Assembly (NCBI GenBank): GCA_965237675.1
Contig: OZ250150.1
Location: 2,752,001-2,816,000, forward strand
Source: Candidatus Latescibacterota bacterium
GTDB lineage: Bacteria; Latescibacterota; UBA2968; GCA-2709665
Length of the DNA: 64,000 bases
Reading direction: 5' to 3'
Part shown: in pieces, positions 11,397-20,086 of the stretch
How positions within the stretch are numbered: the stretch's first letter is position 1
Layout of the letters: every line of letters starts with the position of its first letter
The notes under the pieces: generated by a model
Seen by the model: only the letters and a program-made list of their open reading frames with translations
Databases searched by the model: none
Told to the model about the DNA's origin: nothing
Program-made: the position numbers and the translations under genes

Positions 11397-11557
11397 GAAG
11401 TTGTCTTAAAATACCTGGTGCGTCCCGAGCGCGCGCGAAAATGTTTCGGGAAAGGCGGGCAAAGGCGCCCGTATCTGGAGATACGGGTGGATTTGACCAA
11501 CGCAGACCGACGCTTTTGCAGCCGCACGAAGACCGCTGGGGGTTTTAAGACAGCTTC
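11397..11557. mobile_element. 161-bp MITE-like element with 15-bp terminal inverted repeats
   Basis: GAAGTTGTCTTAAAA (11397-11411) vs TTTTAAGACAGCTTC (11543-11557), 14/15 complementary; internal hairpin CCCGTATCT-GG-AGATACGGG. Confidence 0.6.
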
Positions 11558-11580
11558 CAAACGTTGGAGGGAGATTCAAA

Positions 11581-12147
11581 ATGGACTTGAGACATCGCTT
11601 CCTGGTTTCCGTATGCGGCCTGATGGCGTGTTTCGTGGTGGTGTCCACGGCGTGGGCACAGGCGAAGATCGCCTTTTTCGATCCAAACGAGATTCGGACG
11701 AAATACAAGCCCTTCCAGGAGGCCGAGAGGGAATACAACCAGTATGAAGGCGAACTGCAGAAGGAGCTCAAAAAGCTTGACAACGCATTCAGAAAGAAAC
11801 AGACCACTTTTGAGCGGCAGAAGGTGATGTACATGGAGAATCGCAGGCGTGAAGAGGAGCAGGCCCTGAAAAGGCAAGAGGAGGAATTGCAGCGGTTTCT
11901 CGCCCAGATCACCGATCCGGAGCGGGGTAAGCTGGCGCTCAAACAGCAGGAATTGCTCACGCCATTGCTCAAACGCGTCAACGAGGTGATCGCTCAGGTG
12001 GCCAAAGAGGATGGCTACGACTTCGTGCTCAATGCGACGTCCGTGGTGTATTTCAACGAAGATTACAACCTGACGCAGAGGGTGCTGGACGAGTTGAATA
12101 AAGTTCTGGAAGCTGGTGAGAAACAGCCCGCCGGTCCGGTCCGGTAG
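11581..12147 (+). CDS. skp: OmpH/Skp periplasmic chaperone
   Basis: Signal peptide ending AWA-Q, KIAFFD, coiled coil, [18 protein letters not shown]; follows bamA. Confidence 0.9.
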   Translation: MDLRHRFLVSVCGLMACFVVVSTAWAQAKIAFFDPNEIRTKYKPFQEAEREYNQYEGELQKELKKLDNAFRKKQTTFERQKVMYMENRRREEEQALKRQEEELQRFLAQITDPERGKLALKQQELLTPLLKRVNEVIAQVAKEDGYDFVLNATSVVYFNEDYNLTQRVLDELNKVLEAGEKQPAGPVR

Positions 12148-12179
12148 CGAATGGCCGGAAGGCGAGAGGAGGGCCGGCA

Positions 12180-12611
12180 GTGTTGGACGTTGAGGCGATC
12201 CAGAAGATCCTGCCGCATCGGTACCCATTTCTGCTGGTGGATCGGATTCTGGAACTGGAGCCGGATCACAGGGCGGTGGGGCTCAAGAACGTCACCGCGA
12301 ACGAACCGTTCTTCGCCGGCCATTTCCCGGGGCGACCCGTGATGCCGGGGGTACTGATTGTGGAAGCACTTGCCCAGACGGCGGGTGTCTTAATGGGAGA
12401 CGAGTCCGGCCTGATACCGATGTTCATGGGAATCGATAAGGCTCGGTTCCGGCGTCCCGTAACACCGGGCGATCAGTTGCGACTGGAGGTGGAGGTGTTG
12501 CGCAGAAGGCGGAATGTGTGGCGCGTGGCCGGCAGGGCATTCGTGGGTGAGCAACTGGCGGCCGAGGCGGAAATGATGGCGGCGCTTGTCGCGCCTAACA
12601 GCACGGGCTGA
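12180..12611 (+). CDS. fabZ: 3-hydroxyacyl-ACP dehydratase FabZ
   Basis: [34 protein letters not shown]. Confidence 0.96.
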   Translation: MLDVEAIQKILPHRYPFLLVDRILELEPDHRAVGLKNVTANEPFFAGHFPGRPVMPGVLIVEALAQTAGVLMGDESGLIPMFMGIDKARFRRPVTPGDQLRLEVEVLRRRRNVWRVAGRAFVGEQLAAEAEMMAALVAPNSTG

Positions 12612-12652
12612 GATCGGCAGCGACGGCGAAGGGACTATTCCTATCTGTTAAC

Positions 12653-12680
12653 CGGCGGCCCGGACGGGCCGCCGATTCTA
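12653..12680 (+). terminator. Possible terminator after fabZ
   Basis: CGGCGGCCC-GGAC-GGGCCGCCG stem followed by a T-rich tract. Confidence 0.5.
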
Positions 12681-12696
12681 TTTCCTGGGTTTCTCC

Positions 12697-13098
12697 AGAA
12701 AAAGAAAAAGGAAAAACAAATTCAACCTCCACTTTTCCCCAAATTCCCTGCCTCCGGCGGGTTCCTCAAAACCGCGAGACGAAAGACGGGAGAGGTGAGA
12801 AGACCTCTCCGCCACCCACCGGTTTCGCGCCTTCTTTCCTGATCCACTTCTTTTTGCCAGTTGGCCAGACTCCAGTTCCGAAGGTGTCATATGACAAAGT
12901 TACCAACCCTTCTCCCTTCTTCCCTCTTTCTTCTTTCCGCTTTTAAAAGTCGCCGCTCGGCGCGGGGCCGTTCATGTGCATGACGCGAATCTCGACGGTG
13001 GGCGCACCAGATCTTCTGTCCTGGCAGCCCCGCGGCGTTTGAGCGGCGCCGTTCTTTTTGGCCCTTTTTCTTTGGCGAGAAGGAAAAAGGGCGTAAAA
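12697..13098 (-). repeat. Copy 3 (short, internally deleted) of the multi-copy structured non-coding element
   Basis: Shares end blocks with 39306-40170 and 43483-44200; 12736-12965 is the exact reverse complement of 43919-44148. Confidence 0.9.
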
Positions 13099-13252
13099 GT
13101 AAAAAAATCAATAAATTATTAGAATAATGACCTCAATTTCCTGGCGTGCAACCTATCATTAGGCCTTCCTGGTTTATTCTGCCTCCAGCGGGATTAGCGT
13201 CAGGTTCGTCCGGCGGATCGCGATGTTGCCCGCCGATAGCCCCAAAGGAAGG

Positions 13253-13282
13253 TTGACACGCGGCCTTGACGCACTTTATAAT
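13253..13282 (+). promoter_or_regulatory. sigma70-type promoter upstream of the DMFase-like gene
   Basis: TTGACA (13253-13258), 18 bp, TATAAT (13277-13282). Confidence 0.7.
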
Positions 13283-13371
13283 CAGCAATAGATAACCAAT
13301 GGGGACATGAATCGTTAACCATCTGGTACGCAATTTCAGAATCGATACGCTGAACGAGAAAGAGAATTCCT

Positions 13372-14736
13372 ATGAAACGCGAACACATTTTCGCCCACTA
13401 CGAGCAGGACGCGACGCGGTACTGGAAGCTGAGGGAGGGCGGGTACGCCAGCCCCATGAGTGTGTTTCAGGGAGAGGAAATCACATTCCATATATCGAAT
13501 TCCAGATCGTACTACGACGTGTCCGTGTACCATGAAGGAGCGGGGCGGCATCTCGTAAAGGAGGTCCGCAATCTTCGCGGCGGACTTCCTCCGATTCCGG
13601 AATTCGGATACCGCGACGGATTCGACTGGCCCGCGACGGTGGGGTTCCGGGTACCGAACGACTGGAAAAGCGGAGTCTACATCGCCACCTTTCCCACCGC
13701 CCAGGGGATCCGCGAAATCCTGTTCGTGGTTCGTCCCCGCGTTCCCGGCGCGCCGGTCCTTCTCACGATCGAGACCAATACCTATGCCGCCTATAACCCC
13801 GTCGGCGGCAAGAGCCTATTTCATTACCTTTCCACTGATCGGAAGCACAGCGACCTGGTGACGTTCGAGCGGCCTCTGCAGCCGGACATTATGGGTGGGT
13901 TCTACGCCTGGGACCAGTTCATCACCTCCTGGCTCGACGCCGAGGGCTATCCCGTAGACTATTGTGTCAACGGGGACCACGATCGTGAACCGCATATTCT
14001 CGACAGCTATGCCGCACATCTGAGGATCGGCCATGGCGAGTATACCAGCCGCAAAGAATGCGAACAGCTTCAGCGGTTCGTAGCCCGGGGAGGCAACCTG
14101 ATGGTGTTCGCGGGGAATTCATTTTCGCACCTGGTGGAGACCAGGGGCAACGGACGCAAACTCTACTGTGCCAAGACCCGGTACAAAAAGCATCCACTCG
14201 GTACCCCGGAAGATCCGCATACCTCCTTACTGCGTGGGATCGACAATCTGCGCCAGCGTACGATCGGGGTTTCGTATTCGGCGGCCGTCAACGCGAAGAC
14301 CAGGACTCCCGGTGTGTTTAATGCGCCCACAACCGGGGAGTACGGATTTTTCCGCGTGAGCCGCCCCGACCACTGGGCGTTCGAGGGAACCGGGTTGGGG
14401 GAAGGGGACGAGTTTGGTCGCGAGGACTCGATTGTCGGAGTGGAGTGCGACGGCGGCGACATTGCCTTCAGGGATGGGAAACCATACTTCACCGGAAGCG
14501 ACGGAATCAGCCCGCACTACCGGATCATTGCGATCGGAGACGCCGAGGACCACGGATTCAACGCGGACCTCGGCATTCGCTATGACCGGTTCTATGCGAC
14601 TGTCGCGGTAAACGAGACCGAGTTCAAGGGGACCGTCTTCACGGCGGCAACCATGGAATGGTCGCACGGTCTTTACCGGAATGGCGGTCCGGTGGCGCGG
14701 ATCACGCGAAATGTCCTGGACCGTCTGGGCAGGTAG
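13372..14736 (+). CDS. N,N-dimethylformamidase beta-subunit family (DUF6605-like) protein
   Basis: W.SGVYIA, TNTYAAYN..GGKSL, VTFERP, GHGEY, GGNLMVFAGN, HWAFEGTGL, VFTAAT..W, ITRNVL motifs. Confidence 0.8.
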   Translation: MKREHIFAHYEQDATRYWKLREGGYASPMSVFQGEEITFHISNSRSYYDVSVYHEGAGRHLVKEVRNLRGGLPPIPEFGYRDGFDWPATVGFRVPNDWKSGVYIATFPTAQGIREILFVVRPRVPGAPVLLTIETNTYAAYNPVGGKSLFHYLSTDRKHSDLVTFERPLQPDIMGGFYAWDQFITSWLDAEGYPVDYCVNGDHDREPHILDSYAAHLRIGHGEYTSRKECEQLQRFVARGGNLMVFAGNSFSHLVETRGNGRKLYCAKTRYKKHPLGTPEDPHTSLLRGIDNLRQRTIGVSYSAAVNAKTRTPGVFNAPTTGEYGFFRVSRPDHWAFEGTGLGEGDEFGREDSIVGVECDGGDIAFRDGKPYFTGSDGISPHYRIIAIGDAEDHGFNADLGIRYDRFYATVAVNETEFKGTVFTAATMEWSHGLYRNGGPVARITRNVLDRLGR

Positions 14737-14826
14737 CCGGGTCGGGAAACTCAAGAAGAGATTCCGGTCGGCGTTCCTCTCATTCTCCGCTTGACTTTGT
14801 GCGAGACGGGCTACATGATCCGTCCT

Positions 14827-15984
14827 ATGTCTAATGGCGGCGCGACGTTCGACGTGGTTGTGGCCGGGCTGGGCGCGATGGGCAGCGCGGCGGTCTATCA
14901 TCTGGCAAAACGTGGAACCCGGGTGGCGGGTTTCGACCGGTTTCATCCGCCCCACACCCGCGGTTCGTCCCACGGATACGCGCGGGTGATCCGGGAGGCC
15001 TACGCCAGCGGGCCGGCCTACGTCGATTTGATTCGACGCGCTTACGCGCTGTGGGAAGCGCTGCAAGACGAAAGCGGCACCGAACTGGTTAGGACCTACG
15101 GCCACCTGTCCATGCGGCCTCCGGGCGGGTGCGAACGCCTCGGTGTTCTGGCAAGCGCCGAGGCCTTTGGTATTCCGGTCGAGCGAGTCTCGGCGGAAGA
15201 GGTGCGACGGCGGTATCCCATGTTCCGGGTCGAGGACGGCTGGGAGGGCATCTTCGAGCCCAGGGCGGGCGCCGTCTTCCCGGAGGCGTGCATAGACGCG
15301 CATCTGAGGCTGGCGGAATCCGCGGGGGCGGAACTGAACTTCAATTGCCCGGTATTGGACTGGAAGCCCGACGGAGGCGCGGTTCGGGTGAAATTGCAAT
15401 CGGGCGAAATTTCGGCGGGCAGGCTGGTCGTCTGCGCGGGTGCCTGGGTCTCCCGGCTCGTGGCCGATCTGGAACTCCCTGTCGAAATCGAGCGGATGAC
15501 GCTGTTTTTTTTCCGGCCGGTTCGGAACCCGGGAATGTTTGCGCCTGGGCGCTGTCCGAACAATTCCTGGGTGTGCGAAAACGGTGTTTCGTTCTATTGT
15601 CAGCCGGATTTCGGTGCCGGCTTCAAGGCGGCAATGCACCGCGGCCGCGTCGGGGTAGACCCGGAAACGCTCGCCCGGAACACGTCCCCGGATGACGAGG
15701 CTCAGATTCGTCCACTGGTGGCACGATTCATACCGGACGCGGCGGGCCCTGTGATGGAGAGCCACGTGTGCATGTACACGAATCTTCCGGATTCCAGGTG
15801 GCTGGTGGACTTCCATCCCGGCTACGAGCAGGTGATTATCGCCTCACCGTGTTCCGGACACGGGTTCAAGTTTTCTTCCGCGATTGGTGAGATGCTTGCC
15901 GATATGTGTATGAGCAAAGTGGCTGAAGGGGAGACAGAGTTGTTCGGCATTTCGCCGCTTTTGCCACGAGGACCACGGACATGA
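14827..15984 (+). CDS. solA: Monomeric sarcosine oxidase / N-methyltryptophan oxidase family flavoprotein (start uncertain)
   Basis: GLGAMGS FAD motif, GSSHG..RVIR, CMYT (covalent FAD Cys), CSGHGFKF. Confidence 0.85.
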   Translation: MSNGGATFDVVVAGLGAMGSAAVYHLAKRGTRVAGFDRFHPPHTRGSSHGYARVIREAYASGPAYVDLIRRAYALWEALQDESGTELVRTYGHLSMRPPGGCERLGVLASAEAFGIPVERVSAEEVRRRYPMFRVEDGWEGIFEPRAGAVFPEACIDAHLRLAESAGAELNFNCPVLDWKPDGGAVRVKLQSGEISAGRLVVCAGAWVSRLVADLELPVEIERMTLFFFRPVRNPGMFAPGRCPNNSWVCENGVSFYCQPDFGAGFKAAMHRGRVGVDPETLARNTSPDDEAQIRPLVARFIPDAAGPVMESHVCMYTNLPDSRWLVDFHPGYEQVIIASPCSGHGFKFSSAIGEMLADMCMSKVAEGETELFGISPLLPRGPRT

Positions 15985-16952
15985 CGATTCAGGATCACGT
16001 CTCCTGGGCTCATTTCAACGATGAGACGCTGCGGTTTTCACGGGCAATCGGCGCGGACATGATTTGCCTGGATATACGCTCGATGCACAGGGCGGATGCT
16101 TCGATGGATCTGCGCGACGGCCGGGATAGCAGACCGTTTTTTGAATCCGCCAGAAAAAAGGTGGAAGCCCACGGCATGGCGTTGAACAGTATCTTCATGG
16201 CGGGGTGGGATGAACTCACGTTCGGCCTCCACGATCGAGACGATAAGCTCGAGGCGTGGTGCAGGATGTTGCGTTGTATGGGCGAGGTGGGCATTCCCGC
16301 GCTGGGTTACAATTTCAAGCCGATGGGCAATTTCCGTACTGCGTCCACGCCGCCCGGCCGGGGTGGTTCCAATTACAGTACGTTCGATTATCAGGCGTTT
16401 TTCCGGAACAGGCCCGAGCGCCGCGAACCTCCGGTGGGTGAGGCGGAGATCTGGGAGAATATGGCGTATTTTCTGAAAAGGGCGATACCGGCGGCCGAGG
16501 AGGCGGGGGTACGGATGGCGCTGCATCCGGACGACCCGCCCATCCCCGAACCGCTCGGCGGTGTCGCCCAGATTGTGTCCACGCTGGACCATTACCGGCG
16601 GATTTTCTCGGCCGCGCCGGGCGACTGCAACGGGATGTTGTTCTGCCAGGGCTGCGTGACTGAAATGGGCGTGGATGTCTATGAAACCATCCGCGAAATG
16701 GGAATCCGCAACAAGATCGTATTCGTGCATTTCAGAAACGTGCGCGGGACTTTGCCCAGTTTCCAGGAGGTGTTTCTGGATGAGGGCGACGTGAATATGC
16801 ACCGGGCGATGGAGGTCTACAAACAGGTTGGATTTCGCGGGCCGTTCATGATGGACCATACGCCGGGCATCCCCGGAGACGAAAGACAACGGGCAGGGCA
16901 CGCATACGCCGTGGGTTATATCCGGGCGTTGATACAGGCGGTATACGGGTAG
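15981..16952 (+). CDS. Mannonate dehydratase (UxuA) family protein, paralogue 1
   Basis: YNFKP, MALHPDDPP, FCQGC, VHFRNV, MDHTP, AYAVGYIRAL. Confidence 0.85.
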   Translation: MTIQDHVSWAHFNDETLRFSRAIGADMICLDIRSMHRADASMDLRDGRDSRPFFESARKKVEAHGMALNSIFMAGWDELTFGLHDRDDKLEAWCRMLRCMGEVGIPALGYNFKPMGNFRTASTPPGRGGSNYSTFDYQAFFRNRPERREPPVGEAEIWENMAYFLKRAIPAAEEAGVRMALHPDDPPIPEPLGGVAQIVSTLDHYRRIFSAAPGDCNGMLFCQGCVTEMGVDVYETIREMGIRNKIVFVHFRNVRGTLPSFQEVFLDEGDVNMHRAMEVYKQVGFRGPFMMDHTPGIPGDERQRAGHAYAVGYIRALIQAVYG

Positions 16953-17045
16953 TTGCGTGTATGCGGTCGCCTGCTCTGATTTGTCCCACGGGGTTGTGAG
17001 ATCCGCCAACTTTTCTCGATGTTTCAAAACGGAGGGATCGCCGAA

Positions 17046-17999
17046 ATGTATATTCAGGAGCAGCTTCCGTGGGATCAGATCAATCACGACACGCTGAGTT
17101 TTTTTCAGGCGATCGGCGTCGATTACGTAACGGTGAACTCAATTCCGCCAGACGTGCGGCAGGGCCGGGACCGCTCGGATTTCTGGAAGGATCTTAAAAA
17201 ACTGACCGAGTCCCACGGGATGAAGCTGACGAATCTGGCAGCGACCGGTTGGGACGAGATTTCCCTGGCGCTTGAGGATCGGGACGAAAAGATCGAGGCG
17301 TGGTGCAGGTTGTTGCGAAGCATGGGCGGGGTCGGCATTCCCACGCTGGGGTATAACTTCAAGCCGGCGGGCAATTTCCGCACGGAGTCCGTTCCGCCCG
17401 GCAGGGGGGGCGCCAGATACAGTACGTTTGACTACGAGAAGTTAATGGAGGATCCGCCGTACTACCCCGATAAGGCCATTTCCGAGGAGAAGATTCTCGA
17501 GAACATCCGATATTTCCTGGAACGCGTTATTCCGGTAGCGGAGGAGAGCGGCGTTCGTATGGCGCTGCATCCCGACGATCCGCCCATACCGGAACCCATG
17601 GCCGGCGCCGCCAGGATCGTGTCGACCCTCGAACAATACCATCACATATTCGATATGGTCCCCAGCCGCAGCAACGCCATGTTGTTCTGTCAGGGCTGCG
17701 TCGCGGAGATGGGCGAGAACGTATGTGACGCCATCCGGGATATCGGACGCCGGGACAAGATTGTATATGTTCATTTCCGTAATATCCGGGGCGGTCCCAG
17801 GAAGTTTCAGGAGGTCTTCGTAGACGAGGGGGATCAGGACATGTACGAGGCCATGCAGACCTATAAAGAAGTGGGTTTCGAGGGGCCGTTCATGATGGAT
17901 CATACACCCGGTTTTCCGAACGCGGATTCCACGGTCTGGGCGGGACGCGCGTTTGCCGTGGGGTATATGCGGGCGTTGATTCAGTCGGTTTATCGATAA
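17046..17999 (+). CDS. Mannonate dehydratase (UxuA) family protein, paralogue 2
   Basis: Same motif set as the upstream gene (HPDDPP, FCQGC, HFRN, MDHTP); GGAGGG RBS. Confidence 0.85.
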   Translation: MYIQEQLPWDQINHDTLSFFQAIGVDYVTVNSIPPDVRQGRDRSDFWKDLKKLTESHGMKLTNLAATGWDEISLALEDRDEKIEAWCRLLRSMGGVGIPTLGYNFKPAGNFRTESVPPGRGGARYSTFDYEKLMEDPPYYPDKAISEEKILENIRYFLERVIPVAEESGVRMALHPDDPPIPEPMAGAARIVSTLEQYHHIFDMVPSRSNAMLFCQGCVAEMGENVCDAIRDIGRRDKIVYVHFRNIRGGPRKFQEVFVDEGDQDMYEAMQTYKEVGFEGPFMMDHTPGFPNADSTVWAGRAFAVGYMRALIQSVYR

Positions 18000-18102
18000 T
18001 CAACCTGTCTTCGGGACACCCGGACGACAGAACATCCGTCCCGGCGCCACCGGCCGCCGGGGGGTTGGAAGCCGGGCCCTGACGGGCAAACTGGAGGCGA
18101 TT

Positions 18103-19113
18103 ATGGCGAAGCTGGGGAAGCAAGCGAAAACAGAAGAGACCCGGCGGCAGAAAACCGTACGTGTGGCGATGATCGGCGCGGGCGGTCGCGCAACCAGCGC
18201 GCACTATCCCGCTCTCAAGGCACTGAACGGCGTCGAGATGGTGGCCGTGTCGGAACTGAGCGACCAAAGGATGGCCGATGCGGCCGATCGGTTCGGCATT
18301 CAGAGGCAGTATTCGGATTACAGGGAGATGATTGAAAAGGAAAAACCGGATGCGGTTTACGCCATTATGCCGCCCCATCATCTGTACGACATCTCGGCAA
18401 CCGTGATGGAGATGGGTTGCCATCTATTCATCGAAAAACCCCCCGCGATGACGACGGAACAGACCCGGCAGATGGCGCTTCTGGCGCGAAAACACAAGGT
18501 GCTGACCGGCGTGACGTTCCAACGGCGATTTGCGCCGCTGATCCGCTACGGAAAGGAACTCTGCGAGAAGCGGGGGGCCGTTCACAGCGCCGTGGCCACG
18601 TTTTACAAAAACGCCGTGGGTGGCGCGCCGTATTACCGGGGGGCAATCGACATCCTGACGTCCGACGCCATTCACGCGGTGGACACACTCCGCTATCTCT
18701 GTGGCGGAGAGGTGGAATCTGTGGCCAGCGATGTACGGCGGGAGGGCGCCACCCACACCAATATTTACCTGGCGCTGGTGAGGTTCAGTTCCGGGGCAAC
18801 GGGCGTGCTTCTAACCAACTGGATGACGGGGCGTCGCATATTCTCCGTGGAAATCCATTCACCCGGGATTTCGGTATTCGGGGATCCGGAAGAAGGTGGG
18901 CGGGTGTACGCGGACAATAAGGACGAACCCATAGAAGTGCTCGATCCGTTCCGGCTCGGTGGTGGTGATGACGCCTGGCGTGCTTTCGGTGCGTACGATA
19001 CCAACCGACACTTTATCGATTGTATCAGAGACGGGAAACAGCCGGAGACATGTCTGGAGGATGCGGTAAAGACAATGGACCTTGTGGACCGGATTTATCA
19101 GTCACAGATTTAG
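18103..19113 (+). CDS. Gfo/Idh/MocA family oxidoreductase
   Basis: IGAGG Rossmann motif, IEKPP, FQRRF, D.IH.VD. Confidence 0.9.
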   Translation: MAKLGKQAKTEETRRQKTVRVAMIGAGGRATSAHYPALKALNGVEMVAVSELSDQRMADAADRFGIQRQYSDYREMIEKEKPDAVYAIMPPHHLYDISATVMEMGCHLFIEKPPAMTTEQTRQMALLARKHKVLTGVTFQRRFAPLIRYGKELCEKRGAVHSAVATFYKNAVGGAPYYRGAIDILTSDAIHAVDTLRYLCGGEVESVASDVRREGATHTNIYLALVRFSSGATGVLLTNWMTGRRIFSVEIHSPGISVFGDPEEGGRVYADNKDEPIEVLDPFRLGGGDDAWRAFGAYDTNRHFIDCIRDGKQPETCLEDAVKTMDLVDRIYQSQI

Positions 19114-19186
19114 GCGGACGGAGCCAACCAGCCGGTCGTAGGGGTTATTTGCACCGGACCGGCGCTTGCTGACGGAGAGAGATGAG

Positions 19187-20005
19187 ATGAAATTCATCAT
19201 GTTTACGAAACATCTGGAAGGCCTGGATTTGCCCGGCATTGTCGCCGCGTTGAAATCGGTCGGTGTCGAGGGTGCCGATCTGTGCGTACGCCCGGGCTAT
19301 CCGGTACATCCCGAGAATGTGGAAACGGCGCTGCCGGAAGCGGCCGGGCGGTTTGCCGACGAAGGGCTTTCCATTCCCCTGGTAACCACGCCGGGCGACT
19401 TTATCAGGCCGGAGATGGATTATGCGGATCGGCTGTACGGGGCCTGTGGCCAGGCTGGTGTGAGGCATATCAAACTCGGGTACTGGCATTGGACCGCGGA
19501 GATGGATTACTGGGAAGAATTGGAGGCGGTGCGGCGGCATCTCGACGGATTTCAGACCCTTTCGGAGAAACATGGGGTCCAGACCGTGGTGCATAACCAC
19601 TCGGGGCTCTCGATGGGCCTCAACGCCTGTGCGGCCATGAATGTGGTGAGGGGATTTGATCCCCGGTATATCGGTGTGTTCGCCGATCCGGGACATCTTT
19701 CCATCTGCGGAGAACCGATTGAACTGGCGCTGAATATCGTCAAGACGCATCTGTCGGTGGTGGCGCTCAAGGACTTGATCCGACAGCCGCTATTGCGGAA
19801 CGGCTTGACAACCTGGCGCACGCGAGTGGTCCGGCTGGGAGAGGGGTTCGGAGACTGGCCCGCGCTGTTGCGCGGGTTCAGAGCGGTTAACTTCGACGGC
19901 CCCCTGAGCTTTCATAGTGAGTACAGCGGCGAACCGGTGGACACGGTAATCGATCTGGCGAGGTCGGACGTCCGGTTTTTCAGGGCGCTGCAGACGGCGG
20001 GATAA
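19187..20005 (+). CDS. Sugar phosphate isomerase/epimerase (xylose isomerase-like TIM barrel)
   Basis: HNHSG, DPGH, ALKD, SFHSEY motifs. Confidence 0.8.
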   Translation: MKFIMFTKHLEGLDLPGIVAALKSVGVEGADLCVRPGYPVHPENVETALPEAAGRFADEGLSIPLVTTPGDFIRPEMDYADRLYGACGQAGVRHIKLGYWHWTAEMDYWEELEAVRRHLDGFQTLSEKHGVQTVVHNHSGLSMGLNACAAMNVVRGFDPRYIGVFADPGHLSICGEPIELALNIVKTHLSVVALKDLIRQPLLRNGLTTWRTRVVRLGEGFGDWPALLRGFRAVNFDGPLSFHSEYSGEPVDTVIDLARSDVRFFRALQTAG

Positions 20006-20028
20006 CCGGCGTTCGAAACCGCAAAACC

Positions 20029-20066
20029 AGAGGGCGGCCCGGACGGAACCGGGTCGCCCTCTTTTT
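20029..20066 (+). terminator. Intrinsic terminator between convergent genes
   Basis: AGAGGGCGGCCCGG / CCGGGTCGCCCTCT stem plus T run. Confidence 0.7.
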
Positions 20067-20086
20067 CGAGTCGAGATCGCCGGCAT

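Noticed and set aside
12678-13111. Small ORFs inside the repeat copies (12678-12890, 12887-13111, 43754-44023, 39257-39598)
   Set aside because: Frames and lengths are not conserved between copies; low-complexity translations
14227-15816. 529-aa minus-strand ORF and similar long antisense ORFs (3865-4806, 7056-8084, 21290-22555, 62417-63661)
   Set aside because: All lie opposite well-supported genes and have no coherent domain
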